The translations under genes and the position numbers were made by a program. The notes under the pieces are model-generated. The model was not told where the DNA came from and searched no databases. It saw only the letters and a list, made by a program, of their open reading frames with translations. Below are positions 12,046-26,899 of a DNA stretch of 64,000 nucleotides, in pieces (the first letter of the stretch is position 1; the number at the start of each line of letters is the position of its first letter). Source of the DNA: Lama glama (lineage: Eukaryota); contig CM052816.1 of the NCBI GenBank assembly GCA_028534125.1, forward strand, positions 46,316,001 to 46,380,000. Reading direction: 5' to 3'.

Positions 12046-14329
12046 AGTTCAATCAGGAAGAATGTTTGAAGAATACTGAATAATCTGTGTCAGGCAGTAC
12101 GGGAATTATATAAAGGGAGACTAGACATGGAGTTTTGTATACCCTATCCTACGTGGAGTCTTCAGCTGGAACTAGTGGTAACAGAGTATCTTGATAGAAG
12201 GGGAAAAAAAGAAAAATACATGATCCAAGATATATGGTATACAAAGTATGTCATAAAACATGTTTTAGAAGAAAAGTTAATGATGGGAGAAAATACCCAA
12301 CACTAATATTAAGAGGAGTCAAATAATGAAGAACAGTCCAAAAAGGTCAGTCCTATTGCCAAATTCATACACCAGTAAATTTTGACAATATTTACCCCTG
12401 GGTATTAGGATTATATTTTTGTTTGCTTGGTATTCATATTTGCAAATGTTCTACAGTAAAAATGTATTGTTCTTATAATTCTGAGCAACTATATGAATTT
12501 TTAGAGCTTAGGGTAATTACTAGCAGACAAGTTCACACATAGACATACACAATCACTAATGCTCACATCACAACAGCAGCAAGTCAACAGGAGAAAGATG
12601 TTTGACATACACCTTCCTTGCACCATGTAACTGCATTATACAGTCAAAACTAACATGTTGAAACATATGTTTGTGTGTCTAGTTTTATTTTGATGAAGCT
12701 TCCTTCTAAAACTGTAAAGTCCTCAAACTTCTAAACTATGGTCCAGAACAAAAATACCCAATTCCATCCAATTCCAGCAAATAGCATTGGCTTTCATGTG
12801 AGGTCATAGTCTCTTCCAACTTTCCTTAAATTTACACTGTGTTTGTGCTTATTTTTGACTTGAAACTTAAACTGTTTACCAAATATGTATAAAGAAGTAA
12901 GACAGAAAGTGCTAGTAAAAGGCCACATAAGATACATGATTACAATAGAAAATTGGATGAAGAAATCTTTTTAACTGATAATGGGTAGAAGATTACAAAT
13001 TTGTATAGAATATATTGTTCAAGAGAAAATACGATTAAAAAGGACAAAAATTGATGCTTTGGAACCTAAGAATCAAATTGGCCAGCTGTGGAGTCAGGGA
13101 CCCATGTGACGTTTGTGATGAGATCATCAGGAAGCTGGAGTACATGCTTCAGCAGATACTCAAAGTAGGTGAAAGCAATTTATTCTGGAAAACGATGCTT
13201 AACAGAATTGATACCACTGATAAGAAAAGGAATACATCTACTAGAAAATGCACCCACAGACCACCAGCTTGTACTCCTGCCAGGCAGCACCGATTTGGGA
13301 ACAGATGGAGTCATGGGTAGAGTCTTCTCTTTAGTAGAGGAAGTCCTCTATATAAGAGGTAATATTTTCCCCAAATCTGAGTAGACATAAACTCCTTGAG
13401 AGCCAAAAGTACAAGAAAGTTTAGAAATGTAAGAGCATTTATACATTCCATTTGCCTTTTGCTACAACACAGATCCTTGTTACTAATGCAAATATCTCAA
13501 ACAGCAATTAAATTGAAGTATTCTGTATGGATAACCACCTCAAAGTAGATCATTAAAGTGCTCTTTCCTTAAAGCAGACCAACCTAAACAGTAACATAAA
13601 AACAGGCGTTTCATAAAAATAAAAAAATGTAAATTTTATGAAATGTGAAATATCTTGAATTCTTTATTCCAATTCAACCTTTCTAACTAAAAATAACTCC
13701 AATAATCATATCAGTTTTAAGGCTAAATTAAGAACATGGAAAATATCAGGAACAGTTAGTAGGTGCTACAGTTTGACCCAGCTGAAGCTTTCATTTTGTA
13801 GAAACACAAAATGTTAGATTTGGGATTAGAAAATCTTGGTAGTGTCCTATCTGAGGAATCTTTTCTATACAATTTTTAGATGAGTGAATGGTTCAGACTG
13901 TTTCAGTCCTCTCCATGCTGCCTGAGGCCATTACTCCCTCACCCACAGGAGAAAACCAGAATTGGAGAGGCTGGCATGAAAGAGTTTTATCACCTTTTCT
14001 CCTTCTTCCTTTTCTCTCTGGCTTTACCAACTTTTCATGCATTGAGTATTTCAACCTCTCTATTTGTGTGTGTGTCTTTATCACAGCTTCTGTCATAATC
14101 TGGATAATTTCTAGGTGCATCTAGACATGGGAACCAGTACGCCAGTTTTTCTTTTTTGTTAACCTCAAGGCGAAATCCCTTCATCACCTAGCAGTGCAGC
14201 CATCCATTACCAGGGCCACACCTCTGACACAATCATCTTCAGAACTGCTGTACTTTATAGAAATACTCAATTTTTATCTGTCACTTTCTCAGGATGGTCT
14301 CCAGGATTCAGAAATGAAGAAGGCTTATG

Positions 14330-15570
14330 GAGAAATCAAATTCATATACGTCTTAACAATCTTAAAAGCTATGAGAAAGAATAGATAAATTACTTACAAA
14401 GAAATGACAATTAAACTGACAGCATCAATAGACACTAGAAACAAATGGAATAGTGTTTTCAAAGTGCTAGGGGAAAATGCCTGTCAAATTAAACTTCTAT
14501 GATCAGAATTAATGAGTGAAGGTGAAATACTGATACTTTCAGACACACAAAGTCTAAGAGTTACTCTGCTCATAGACTCTCACTAAATGAACTACCACAT
14601 TTCACTGGTTTTAAGATGTCATCAATTGTATAATGCACCAATAAAAGAAAAATGCTATTAATTAAACTATGATATGCCCTCCACTGTAAAGTGCATCCTA
14701 ATTACAGAGATGTTAAAAATATAAAAAACCTGTATCAGAGAATGAATTAAAAGTGAACAGAGGGAATACTTCATCAAGATGGAATGAACCCTGGAGATAG
14801 AATAAGAATAAACAATACTGAGCAAAGAAACTGGTAAACATATTTGTAAATACAAGTAAAACCTAACAATAGCTAATAATAATAATAAATAACTGTGTGA
14901 CTTTACAACACGACTGAGCTAGAATACCAGTCAACACTAACACGGAAGAGAAGGAAGAGACCATGTTAATGATTGCCTACAATCTTTATATAATTTGGGG
15001 AAAGGTTAGCAATACTCTTGGGCATTGTTAAATATGTTAAACATTTTAATGGGTACCTCTACGAAAATAAAAAAAATGTTTAATGTTCAAATATAGAAAT
15101 CTTTATTCATATAACTGAATATAGCATTTAGAATGAATGACTTAGACATATCTATAAATAGACATAAATCTCAAAAAATGATAAATAAAAACACAAGCTC
15201 TAGTATAACACTGATAGCTTAAATCTAAAATATTTTAAACTAATATTTCAGAATACTATATGTGCATTTATGTATGCATGTGGTATGTGTGTGTGATGCA
15301 CATGAAAATACTGAATGGGAAGATATTCACCAAATCTATGACTGTTAATGACTTTTGAAGAGGAGGGGAGAGGAAAAACACCGGGGATGGAAACAGAGGG
15401 GACTGAACTCTATCTATAATGTCCTATTTTTTTATGTTAGAGAAATTGATGAGAACTTCATCGAATAGTGGTGCTAAGTTTTAGGTGCTGAGACCATAGA
15501 GTTTTGCTATGTTTTTCCTATAATCGTCTATATTTTGAGCTTTTAAACACTAGTATAACAACAATTTTAA
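14330..15570 (+). mobile_element. Decayed L1ME-like element (ORF1 C-terminal region plus 3' fragments)
   Basis: 'acttacaaagaaatgacaattaaactgacagc...aaatggaatagtgttttcaaagtgct...gaaggtgaaatactgatactttcagacacacaaagtct'; 3' end-like text at 15300-15570. Confidence 0.65.
14595..14754. mobile_element. Short Tc1/mariner-Tigger-type MITE nested in the old L1
   Basis: Preceded by TA; 'ccacatttcactggttttaagatgtcatcaattgtataatgcacc...gcatcctaattacagagatgttaaaa' resembles Tigger-class MITE ends. Confidence 0.6.
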
Positions 15571-15589
15571 AAAACCATTATCTTCCTCC

Positions 15590-16250
15590 CCAGGTCTGAT
15601 CCTCTTCCTGTGTATTTACCCACGCCAAGAAAATGGAAAGCTGTTCTTTCTCTGGCCAAGCAATCTCCAATTCCTCCCATTCTAGCCCTTCAGCATCTCT
15701 TGATCTCATTTTATTTTTCTCTGCCTTCAGTCGTGCTTCTCTCCCCACGCACAAGCTATTTGCCAAATTGCAGCAGAAGGGACCTTTTTTAGAGGGAACG
15801 ATATCTGGAATGTAACCCCCCTACCTAAACTTCTTCAGCACTCTTCAAACACCACAGCAAAACATGTAAGGCTGTACCTAATCTGTCTCTGAACACCTAT
15901 TTAAGATCACGTCTTTTCCTTTTGTACTCCAGAGTCCAGCTAACCCAGTTGGCTCTTACGAAGGTGCGGCTGCTTCCCATCCGCCCGAAGCACGCTCTCC
16001 AGCCCTCTTCCTGTCCTCTCGCCATCTGTCCTCTGGACCAGCACACCCCAACCAGTCTTGAAAGATTTGATTCCACTCAGATGTCACCTCCCAGGAGAGC
16101 ATCTTTGTCCCCCTCAAGGCTGTCTTCATTGTATTTTTTATGTCTCCCACTTCCTCCAACTATGAGGTTTAGCCCATCATAATGAAACTGCATTATTTTC
16201 TAACTTCTCTGACTTTGCACTTCTTGAGGGAATGGACTCCATAATTACTA
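15590..16250 (+). mobile_element. L2 LINE fragment
   Basis: Pyrimidine-rich L2 3' region text ('cagatgtcacctcccaggagagc', 'ttcttgagggaatggact'). Confidence 0.6.
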
Positions 16251-16251
16251 G

Positions 16252-16500
16252 CAAAGCAGTTACCATTTACTGATTGCTGAATATTATTCAGGCCCTGTCC
16301 TGTGCTGGGTGACTTGTCTGAATGTTCTTATATAACCTACCCAACAACTCTCCAAAAAAAAAATTCACTTTCCCTGTCAGTATAAAAACGCTCAGAGGTT
16401 AGGTGTCCAGGGAGAATGTTATCCCATTCTTTCTGAGTACCATAGCTACTAAATAATACAGCTCAGCTTCAACTCCAGATGTTTTCACTCAAAAACATTC
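16252..16500 (-). mobile_element. MIR SINE
   Basis: 'ccatttactgattgctgaatattattcaggccctg...aaacgctcagaggttagg'. Confidence 0.55.
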
Positions 16501-19500
16501 ATCATTAACCACAATCTCTGACCATTAGTCCCCAAATCCTTGTACAACAGCACCTCATACATGGCAGGCACTCAATGTACATATTTGAAATAAAGGAACT
16601 AGGGAGAGAAGAAGAGGGAGAAAGGCTGAGGGGGAGAGGGAAGAATGCTGGCGGCAGGGAGGTGAAAGGAAAGAAAGTTGAGTTACATGCAGTTTCAGGA
16701 CACCAGTACAAACTGTCTTTACAACCATTATTCCAATTGTAAGAGGCTGGGAGTGCATCTCCCTAATCAAGTAAATGGAATAAAATTACGATAAATGTCA
16801 ATCTATAGGTGCGTTAAGAGTTAAAGAATGTATCATTCTTGCATTCTTTGAAAGAAAATACAAAGAACCAGCTAAGATATTTGCCATTTCTAACCAATTA
16901 GTTTGATGAATGTAGTTTCTATAATTCTGATATGAAGACATCTGGACAAATATTCTGTAGTTTTACCTGCCAGGAATATTGAGGTTTCCTAAGAGATTTC
17001 AGTCTTATAAAAATTGTTTTTAAAAGGATGAGTAAGAAGTGAATAGAGTAGGTTGATCACTTATGTAATACTATGAAGACCCCAAAATAAATTTCTACTG
17101 GTTTGCCATTATGGTAATAACAATTCCACTGAAATATGAGACAATGAATTTGCCTAGAACATTATATATAATTTATTTGACTATTGTGGTGCTTCCTATA
17201 TGTGAGTACTGACTATTTGCTGAGTTAGGCGAGAAAATAGATTTTTTAAAAAGTATTTTTAAGATTGAATACTCAGTAACAAACCCAAAATACACAGTGG
17301 CTTTTTTTTACTCAGTGAAATATTTGATACTGGTATTTGACTTTTAAAGAACAATACTGGGTTTTCTCTTTGAAAATAGTCTAACAGTGGGGTCACTTGG
17401 GAATGGAGAAGAAAATGGGTCTCATCCTAACACCCTACTTTCAAATCTTCAGCATAGCAAGGATTCCTCCTTCCTTAATCTGGGCTTTAAATGTGGATGG
17501 CACGCTATATGGACAAAAGAGTGAGGAAGGAAACATCTAGGAGGAAATTAGAAGTAAATGCTGAGATTTTTCTTACCTCTATTACCTATGTAGGAGACAA
17601 AATATTCCTGAGTAATGATAAAAATTCAAATTTGGATATTTTCTATTTATATCCCACTGACCATGTATAGATTTCTTTGGGAGAGGAGATGATAAATGAA
17701 AATATGGTCTAAGTAAATGCCAGTATAGTAACTGCAAATGCCAACACACAAGCAAATTTCCATATTTTCCCCTATATAGATTTAATTATTTGACAAATAA
17801 TTAAATTCATTATTGTCATATACAAAAAGATACATCAGTTAGTAAACAGAGTAAGAATTTGGTTTTAATGGGAGTCTGATGGAATCAGTGCTGCCATTCT
17901 GCTTCAATAAGAATAACACCTGAATTGTAGCTGTAATTCTTTTATGCATCAGTAAATGAAACATGTATCTTATTTGAGGTCCACGGGGTAGTTTCAGGCA
18001 GACAAACGCTATTTACTGTTCCCCAAAATGTGGTTATTTACCATTGGTGATCTGAGAAGTGATCTGTAGTAGTACAGGAACATGGAAAAAATTTTGGAAT
18101 ATATTATTAAAATTTTGACCTTTTAAAATCGTCTTTCAATCTTTTTGCTTTTTGAAGAGAAATAAGACTTAAGGCTCAGAACCTTTGGCAGACAATAGTA
18201 TCTTGCTAAAATTAAATGTTATTTTGTTTTGATAGCATTTACTTTTATTTTCCTATTTATTTCAGTGATTCTAGCTGTTCATTTAGAGTAGTTACATATA
18301 TTTTCTTATAAATAAGTGCACTTAAGTGAAAAGGCAAGTCAATTTAAACAAAAAAACTGGATAATTGTACAAGTTCTATTTTTGGTAAGGCAAAGGCACA
18401 AGTATGATGGAAGGATGTCTGAAATCTAATACAACATTGTGTTAAGTAGTGACATAGCCCTGAATGACAAACTGCTTCTATAACAGGAAAGGCAAGTGAG
18501 CATTATCCTCCAAATGATAACCCTGAACATTTGATCCTCATTATCCTTTGTAATTTTGTGCAAGGGTGTGTGAGTGTGTGTATGTGTGTCTGTTGGCCGC
18601 TAACGTTGGGCAGTTTCCTCGGCTGTCTGGTTCCTTTGCCTTACAGTCACTGAGAAGTAACACGTCTGTGCTATTACATTTTACCAGGAAGATGAGTATA
18701 AACACCTTCAGCGCACATGTGCAAAACCCACAGGCAGCTTCAGATACATAAAGTGCATAAAGGGAAAATTTGCAATGGTAATAAGAATCCCCTCTTTTCC
18801 TGTGTGAAAAAGGACTCTGGTACAGAGTTTGTTCTTTCATTGCTCGCTGGTTCCATTTAAATGATCCATATGTTTTTAGAATCCAAAACTCAGCATAAGG
18901 TCAAACGGCACACTGTAATTAGGGTGCTCATCTTTAGGAATGGAAAAGGATTTGTGTAAGTTTTGAAAAGCATTATGAATGATGAGGGAACCACAAGCCC
19001 ATTAACATGGTTGTTACTGTAACCTTTGGACTGAAAAATTCATAACAGCCCCAGTTTAGAACCGTAGCAAAATTCAGAATTATTCAAGCTCTCTACATAA
19101 CAGGAACTCAGCTTTCTCCAATGATAAACAGACACACATGAAGGAAAATTCCACTGACCTTCTCTTCACCTCCGCCTCAGAGGCCTAACTGCTTTAAGAA
19201 ATAGTGTCAAAACAGAACACACACCTCCAGTCTCTGCAGTTCAGAAGAGCAGAGAGGTGAATATTTTGCTTTTAAGTAAACCAGAATTCGGTAAGAGTTA
19301 AGCTGTTGCATAATGGTAAGTTAAATATTGTAATGACTTAAAAAGATGAATTAACATCTCTCTATATGTAGAAAAAGTAAACATAATAAAAGATCTTGGT
19401 GGGGCAACAAATACACCTCTCTTGGTTCTTCACAAATGATCGTCAAGATAATCACTTTAATGGTAGTGAGATATATTGGGGTGTGTGTGCGCGCATATGT

Positions 19501-19554
19501 GTGGAGTTTTAGTTAATGGGAATGTAGAAAAATAAACTCTTATTTCACTGTTTA

Positions 19555-20060
19555 AGAAATTTAGCAATTTCTATCAAAATTTAAATTGCAGATACTAAGC
19601 CAGTTAATAAAGTTACCTTGTTTTTTAAATTTTAAAGTAACATTTAAAATCTAGAGCAATACATGTATAAGGTGTTCATTAGAGCACTGTTTATAACAAT
19701 AACAACAACAAAAAGCCTGGAAACAACGGGATACCCATCAGTGACAGACTGGATAAACAAGCTATGGTATAGCCACTTCTCAAATACTATGCAACTGTAA
19801 AAACTAGCAAATAAAACTAAAAACAGTAAGGTAAATACATGCAAGTGCATTTAAAAATTCCATGATATATTCTGTAAGTTACAAATGTGTTTTAAAATAA
19901 ACAAGGAAACAAAATGTATGTGTATACACACATATATCTATGTCTTTGTCTATTTCTATGTACTGCTTATATTTTATAAATATTAAATCATCTAGAATGT
20001 TATCTACCTAACAATGAGCATCAGCGAGGGGCTACCATCATGACTTGGGAAGTGTAGTCT
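19555..20060 (+). mobile_element. L1ME-like 3' region
   Basis: 'aaggtgttcattagagcactgtttataacaa...cctggaaacaac...ccatcagtgacagactggataaacaagctatggtatagccac'. Confidence 0.75.
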
Positions 20061-22419
20061 GTGGGAGAGTGACAGCAGAGTGGAAGAACGTGACAGAATA
20101 GTCTGCAGCTCTAGGGAGATACCTGTGTGAACTCCTACTCAGAACTGGGTAAGGCTCTACAGATGCTAGAGCTCCTGTATCAGCAAAGGAAAGGGCAAAT
20201 ACCCATGATTTGGGAGCTGCTTAAATGTGCCTATCTGTATTGTATAATTCTTAGGAAATATGAGTCACAATTCTGCATATTTTTTTCATTTCATTGTTTG
20301 ATAGCAAATCACAAAAGAAAGAATTATATGAAAAGGTCTGTACAAGAGTGAAGTTTGAGGAGGCCCATTTACCCACAGGACACTCAAATGTTAAGACTAG
20401 TGCTAACAGGCATTTGTACAGACCTTTATGATTGACAAAATTTGTTCACATAACAGTGTCTTGCTCATAGGCAAATGTCTTAAAATTAAATAATGCATCT
20501 ACTTTATTATTGTTACACCATGTTAGATACATCAATTATAAATGGAGAATATATGGGAAGGAAAGGAGAAATAAGTATTTAATAATCTGGCTTTGCAGTA
20601 AATTGAAATGAATTAGCCAAAATACTCAACTGTATTATGGGTTAAGATCAGGAAGAAATACTTTGGTCATACATGAAGATTTAAAACAGGAAAACTAAAT
20701 CCATGAATTTGAGTTTTCTGACATGAATGTGATTCTGAAAGTAGAAAGCATGGTGAAACAAAACTCCTCTAATAAAAATTACTACAGATTTTTTTTCTTT
20801 CAAGCATAAATCCTGAACCTACACTGTTTTTTTAAAAAATAAAAGCAAATATCATTCCAAATGTAAACCAAGATTCTTCTGGATTAGTAGTTTTAACTCT
20901 ACTTATAGAGAATGTGGCCTTCATTTTGAGAAAAATGGTAAATAGAGAACCGGCAAGGTGTTTGAATTAATTTTCATGTTTGAATCAGATATTTGAAAAC
21001 AGAAGACTTAATAAAGGGGGAAGTAGAAGGAAAGAGGAAGAGGAAAATAGGTGGGAGGTTGTTTTCAAGATTATCAAAGAACCATTTCAGTATCTATTGT
21101 TAATGTTTATTTCAAATTGAAAGTGGTATAGAGAGGAAGTTAATAAAGAATTCAGGGGAAAGAGTTCATTCAACCCATGAGTTTCCTTAGTCTACCAAAT
21201 ACAAATTTTCTCTTCGTTCTTTGCATACAATGTTATTTTAGGAATTCTATACCCTTTTTTTAAAACGGGAATTAAAAGCAATATGATTTAGAAACTACTG
21301 ACTTTTTAAGTTTCTTCTAATCCATAGAGATTCTCTTTAAGGGAAAGGACTCTTTATAACGAGTATCCGTTCAGTATTTGTTTCTTAAGGAAAAGAGCAG
21401 TAATAACAACAAAAGTAAAACTGATTGTCAATTTTATTAGAATGCTTCCAGCAAAATGAGTTTTGTCCCTATCTAGGTAACATCAAATCAGCTGACAATT
21501 TAAGCAAATGCTAGTAACAAAGTGAAGCAGTTGTTCTACCAAACAACCAGAATTGAAGAAATATTTAAATTAGTAGAAATTCCACTCAAACCAATTGATC
21601 CTATAGTTTTATTTAGATGACCTGGTAATAATCTTGTCACCCTAGTAAGAACACATTTCACTCTAGGCAGAATTAGAGAGTGAAAAAGTTAAAAAAAAAA
21701 TCATCAGAGGCAAAAATAGTTCAAGCTGGCCAAATCTTATTCAAGTGGATTTCTGAAGGGTGTATAAATTATTTTTCAGAGTAGCAGTAAAACAGTATGT
21801 TAAACAGTATTCCAAATAGGACTTCAGTGTTTAGAAATAGTTTTTCTAAACAGAAAATATGTAATAATTTCCTTGTAAAAAAAACTTTAAGATCTCTAAT
21901 TTTTGTTATTTGTTAATGTGTTGCTAATGTGGCTTTTTTTTTTCAAATGTAAACACAGAAAGTGAAGGAAGTCCTTACAGTCACTTACATGGATATTTAA
22001 CTGATTCACTGACAGCTTGTTATGTAACCCAATACTCAGTTGCAAAGCCTTCTAGGAATTTGTACCAATGGCATCATTTTTGTTTCAGTCTAATTCAACA
22101 TCTTCAACATCTTTTATTTAAATACAGACTAATATAAAACCTTTTCTTCCTGTGCTTTTTTAAAGTTTCATTTAAATAAGGAATTATTCAAATAGGTATA
22201 TATGGTGCCTCGTTTGTAACGTGAATATACATCTTATCTGGGGTTCCTAAGACCTGAAACTCTCTAGTATATCTCTTTGATACCACTAGCTGGTGAAGAA
22301 AGTATTTAACAGATTCATCTAAATCTAGGAAAAATGCTTGCAAGGCTTAAAAATACCACCATACTTTTCTATCCTTACTATTATCAACTAATTATTTTGA
22401 ACAAGCCCTCAAAGAGTAC

Positions 22420-23225
22420 ATATTACTTTTCATTAAACATTCTAGGTACAAGGAAGACATATGCAAGAAGAGATATAAGTCATAGCCTGTGCTCTCAAGG
22501 AACACCCAGACTAGACTGATGCATAGCATGTAATGTTATATGGAGTGATGCCATTCAATACAGTACAATAAATGGTATGATAGAGACTCAAACAAGATAT
22601 AATTTGTGCCCATAGAAGGAGCACTTAACCCTGATTTGATACACAGAAAATTATCCTGGAAGAGGTTTTTTAGTTTTTTTGTTTTTTCATGAAATCTAAA
22701 CTGAGTCTTGAAGAAAGCCAGGTGGACAAGGTAAAGAAATTATTCAAGGCTCAGAGGTGTGAAACTGTAGGATACATTTAGGGAATGACTAATCATTTCA
22801 TTTTGTTGGAGGGGACATATTTAGAAGCTGCTGTTGGTATGAATAAATAGATACCAAAAGCTAGATTACGAAAGGTCACCTATACTGAGGTAAGGACATT
22901 TTATATCACCCTGAAAATTATGGTCAGCCTTCAGAGGGCTTTAGGGGGATGACGTGAATAGATGTGCATTTTGGGGAATGCATACACTATGGCAGGAGTA
23001 TAGTACAGAAGTGAGTGACGAGCGGCAGAAAAATTAGCTACGAATCTCTGCAAAAATTCAGATCTGGAGTAGACTACTGAGGTTGGGAGAAGAGCAGGAA
23101 ATAGATCTGAGAAATTTAAGTAGGCTGTGCATGAAGTAATAAATTAGAGACTAAGGGAAAAGTGGAGGAAGAGAAGATTACACAAAGATTCTTGCTTAGG
23201 AGACTGGATTCTAGGGCTATTGTTC
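22420..23225 (-). mobile_element. L2 LINE fragment
   Basis: 'catagcctgtgctctcaaggaacacccagactag', 'gaaggagcacttaaccc', 'aactgagtcttgaag', purine-rich reverse L2 pattern. Confidence 0.7.
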
Positions 23226-23974
23226 TGCATTGCTTAAAATCATTACCCTTTTCTTTAAAGCCATCCCTCCATCCATTTATTCCTGTAATATCACACTCTG
23301 CTTGCCCTCATCGGAGAACAGCTGTTAAGATGAAGTGCCATCAACTACTCTACTGGATTCCAGCTAACTATACACTTTCCACTAACACTTCGCTGGTTAT
23401 TATTTGAGGAACTTTTCATTTACCTGTCATTCTTAAATACAGTAAAAACAGCAAAGAGTTTCTACTGATAGAAAAACCAACCAGTGACAAACTGTGTTTT
23501 AAGGACCTGTAACAGTGGAAATATTTAAGACAATAATTGACAGAACATTGAAATATTAAATTACATTTTGAAATTTTTCTGGAAATCTCACAGAAGCAGA
23601 TATCCAGATAAAAAAGGAAACTTTTCTTCATCCGGAAGACTATATATTTAGGACACATGTTGAGTATGGATTAGACATATACCTCTGATGTACTTGATAA
23701 ATGTAGACTATTTCATACATATTTTAGCTCTCTGAGGTTGTGTACCAAGAAAAATTATTCCTAATGTAAATATGAAAGGACAACATCTACTCGAGAGAAT
23801 TTTACCCGATTTTTAATTAAATTACTATACCTAGCAGTATCTTATAGTATAAACTATATTATGGAATTATATCACATTATATTTAGTATATTAACAGCTC
23901 AGTTGGTGAGAATATGGTTATTGCAGTAGAGGCTGCTAATTTTTCTTATTCTTCATCCCTGTTCTTTCCTTTTG

Positions 23975-24395
23975 TTAGAGATCTTCCCTGCAAGGTTACC
24001 CAGTTACATTCTCCATTGTCTAGCATCCCTTCCAGCTACTTGCATCTTAGAGCTAAGCTGATTCCAGTGGGGTATGAGGAGACATATGTATAACTTTCAG
24101 GTCCTGTCCTTAAGAATAATTTGTCTTGGTCCCTCTTTTTCTCCTTTACTTTTCCCACTGAATGGCAAAAGGCAAGAACAGGAAATTTTCTTGGGTCCAG
24201 AGATAGAAGCAATATGACAAAGAAATCCATATCAACCACCAGCTTGGATTCTGGACTACCATGATGAGGTTTCCACACTGAGCATTTTCTCCCAGAGTTA
24301 TATGAGAGGAAGAAATACACATCTACCTTCTTTAAGGTACTGTATGTTTGGTCTCTCTGTTACAGAAGCTTATTCTGTACCCAGACTCATTATCA
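23975..24395 (+). mobile_element. MaLR solo LTR (MLT1J/K-like)
   Basis: 3' end 'gagaggaagaaatacacatctaccttctttaaggtactgtatgtttggtctctctgttacagaagc' is typical of MLT1. Confidence 0.65.
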
Positions 24396-26899
24396 CGATA
24401 ATGACAACAAAATTTTCAGCCCCAGCGTAACAGAGCTGGTGGTTTTTGTACACAAGAAACTCTCTCAAACATGTCATGAAAGGAACAAGTTTCGCAAAGG
24501 AACTGAGCAGAACTGGGGGCAGAGGGATGGGGATCGTACAGACAGATCACAGCAAAATAATGATCAGGGCTGGAAAATAATGATGAGCCATATAAATTGT
24601 TCTTGTTCCCACTTTCTCCCACCCCACGTTCCCAAACTTTCACTAAGTCCAAGCTCAGCATTTAGGAATTGAGTTTGAAGAAGATGAACCGTCAGAGCAA
24701 CAGCCTATCTGGAATTTGAGGTTGGTTTAGGACTCCTAGCTACACTGACAAATAACCCACAGGGAAATCATTCTATCGCTGATGAACCACTAAGTGTCTT
24801 ATGTATCAAAAAACACTAAATTGACATGCCTTCCTCACTCTGTGAGTAAAACCTACAAACAGGGATACAGGACTTGGTCATTTGGACTTTCCATCATGGA
24901 AAAAAAAAATCCTCACTCATTTTCACTTCTTGCCTCCTACAAGCTACATTTGGATTTTACACCTTAGACTATGACATCTTACTTCTAAAAACTAAAATGT
25001 AAAGGTTTGGGCGGTATTATTCATCAGCTTATTTAAAAATGCATTTGAATTCATATTTATAGCATCATGCAAATATAAATATCATGAAGCAAGAATAAAC
25101 ACTGTGCCTTAAAGTGTTTCATTCCAAGAGTCTGTGGAAACCTTTAGAAGTGGGCAGCAGAAAAAAAAAATCACACTGCCTGATTTTATTTATGATCTAC
25201 CCCTTGAAGAGTGGGCAGACCAGAAAATTTGTGCATTTCTTCAGAAGTCAGCTTCATATGGGAATAGGACAAAGTGTGAAACTGAGAGCAAAATCTCAAA
25301 GTAATGTAGTTGACAGTGGAATGTGAATTAATGTAATGTAGATTATTTTTCCCTTAGTTCACAGAGCCTTCAGAGCCACCAAAAAATTCCTAATAGAATA
25401 CCCTCTAAAAATAAAGTTGATCTTCAATTCATGACATTTCAGAGTTGATTAGCATGATTCTACGATGGTATATGGGTTGCAAATGCCAGCATCAGTCTTT
25501 TCATAAGAAACTATGGACCCAGGAGAGGTTAACTGAAATCCTAACAGTTTGGACCCTGATGTGTTCAGCATTTCTGCAAGTCTTGGGTGGAACTGTGTGC
25601 CTTAGGAGCTTAATGTTAACTTTAACTATAACAAAGAAACTGTAGTTGAATATAATTGAGCAAGGTGTGCAAAATAAATTATACTACTTAAAAAGCAGAA
25701 TGAGTTAATATATCTGAGTAATTTATCACTGGTTTTACTGAGATAAAAAAAAGTCTGAGAAAGAATATGACTATTTTCATAGTGGAAGAAAGAACTACTT
25801 GTTGGTAACTTTAATCAGACTTCGCTATTAGAGACTGATCTATCAATTTCAAATAAATATACTTATCAGCACAAAGAAAATACTCTTGCACCACCTAATA
25901 AGATTTATTTGAAAGGAATTCCTTTTGTTTTTCCATCATTCTTTTTTATTATTCCATACTGAAATGGCTTTTTAAGTGGGGTTATTTACTCTAAAATTCA
26001 GAATTTTAATAAAGTTAGAATTTTAAAATTTAATTTTCCACCATTTTTTGCAGTATAAATGAGATGGTGGAATAAAAAGATAAATATAGAATATCACCAT
26101 ATTGAGAAGACATCTTTTGAAAATGTTACTTCTTTGTCAGAACAAACATCCTTATTAAAGGGTGACTACATGAAATTACAGGGGAAGTTACAGAACAAAA
26201 CACAGAAGTTAGCAGAAGGTACAGTTTTATTGTTTCAAAATGACTGCTTAGTTTTGAGAAACTATTTACTTTTGTTTGGCTATTTGGCTAGAAGGACAGA
26301 TAGCAATATAAATTAATATATCCAGAGACTGAATGATAAAAACTGTTTCTTCTTAGTACACTTTTTCCAAAAAAATCTCTGATTGTTTATAATGACCATC
26401 TTTACTTGGAAACCCCTTTACCCAGATAGCAAGAAGTCAACCTGAATTAAGTATACATCATTTATGTCTCATAATTTTATTCAAGTTCTTAATATTTTAA
26501 TACAGAATCATCCTTTGTTGGCATAAAACAAAAAACAGAAAAGAAAGAAGTAAAATACAATGTATATTTATCATAATCTGAAATAGGCAAATTTATTGTT
26601 ACTTGGATTTTATTTTTAGAAACCTGCAGATGTATCAATATCAAATTCAAGAATAAAATATTCTTGAAACTTATTGAAGGACATATAATTCATTCAGTTC
26701 AGTAAGTTAGTGATGAAAATAACTAGGAAAGGCTTCCATTTTCTCCCTAATAAATAAATGTTTTAAAGTGGCTCCAGGATCTTCCCTGCTTGAAAAATGA
26801 GCACAACATATAATATGGATAAAAACTGAGCTCCAGATACTCCAATAACTACAAATATCTTAAGACAGGAGACACACTTACTATATACAATATATTGAA

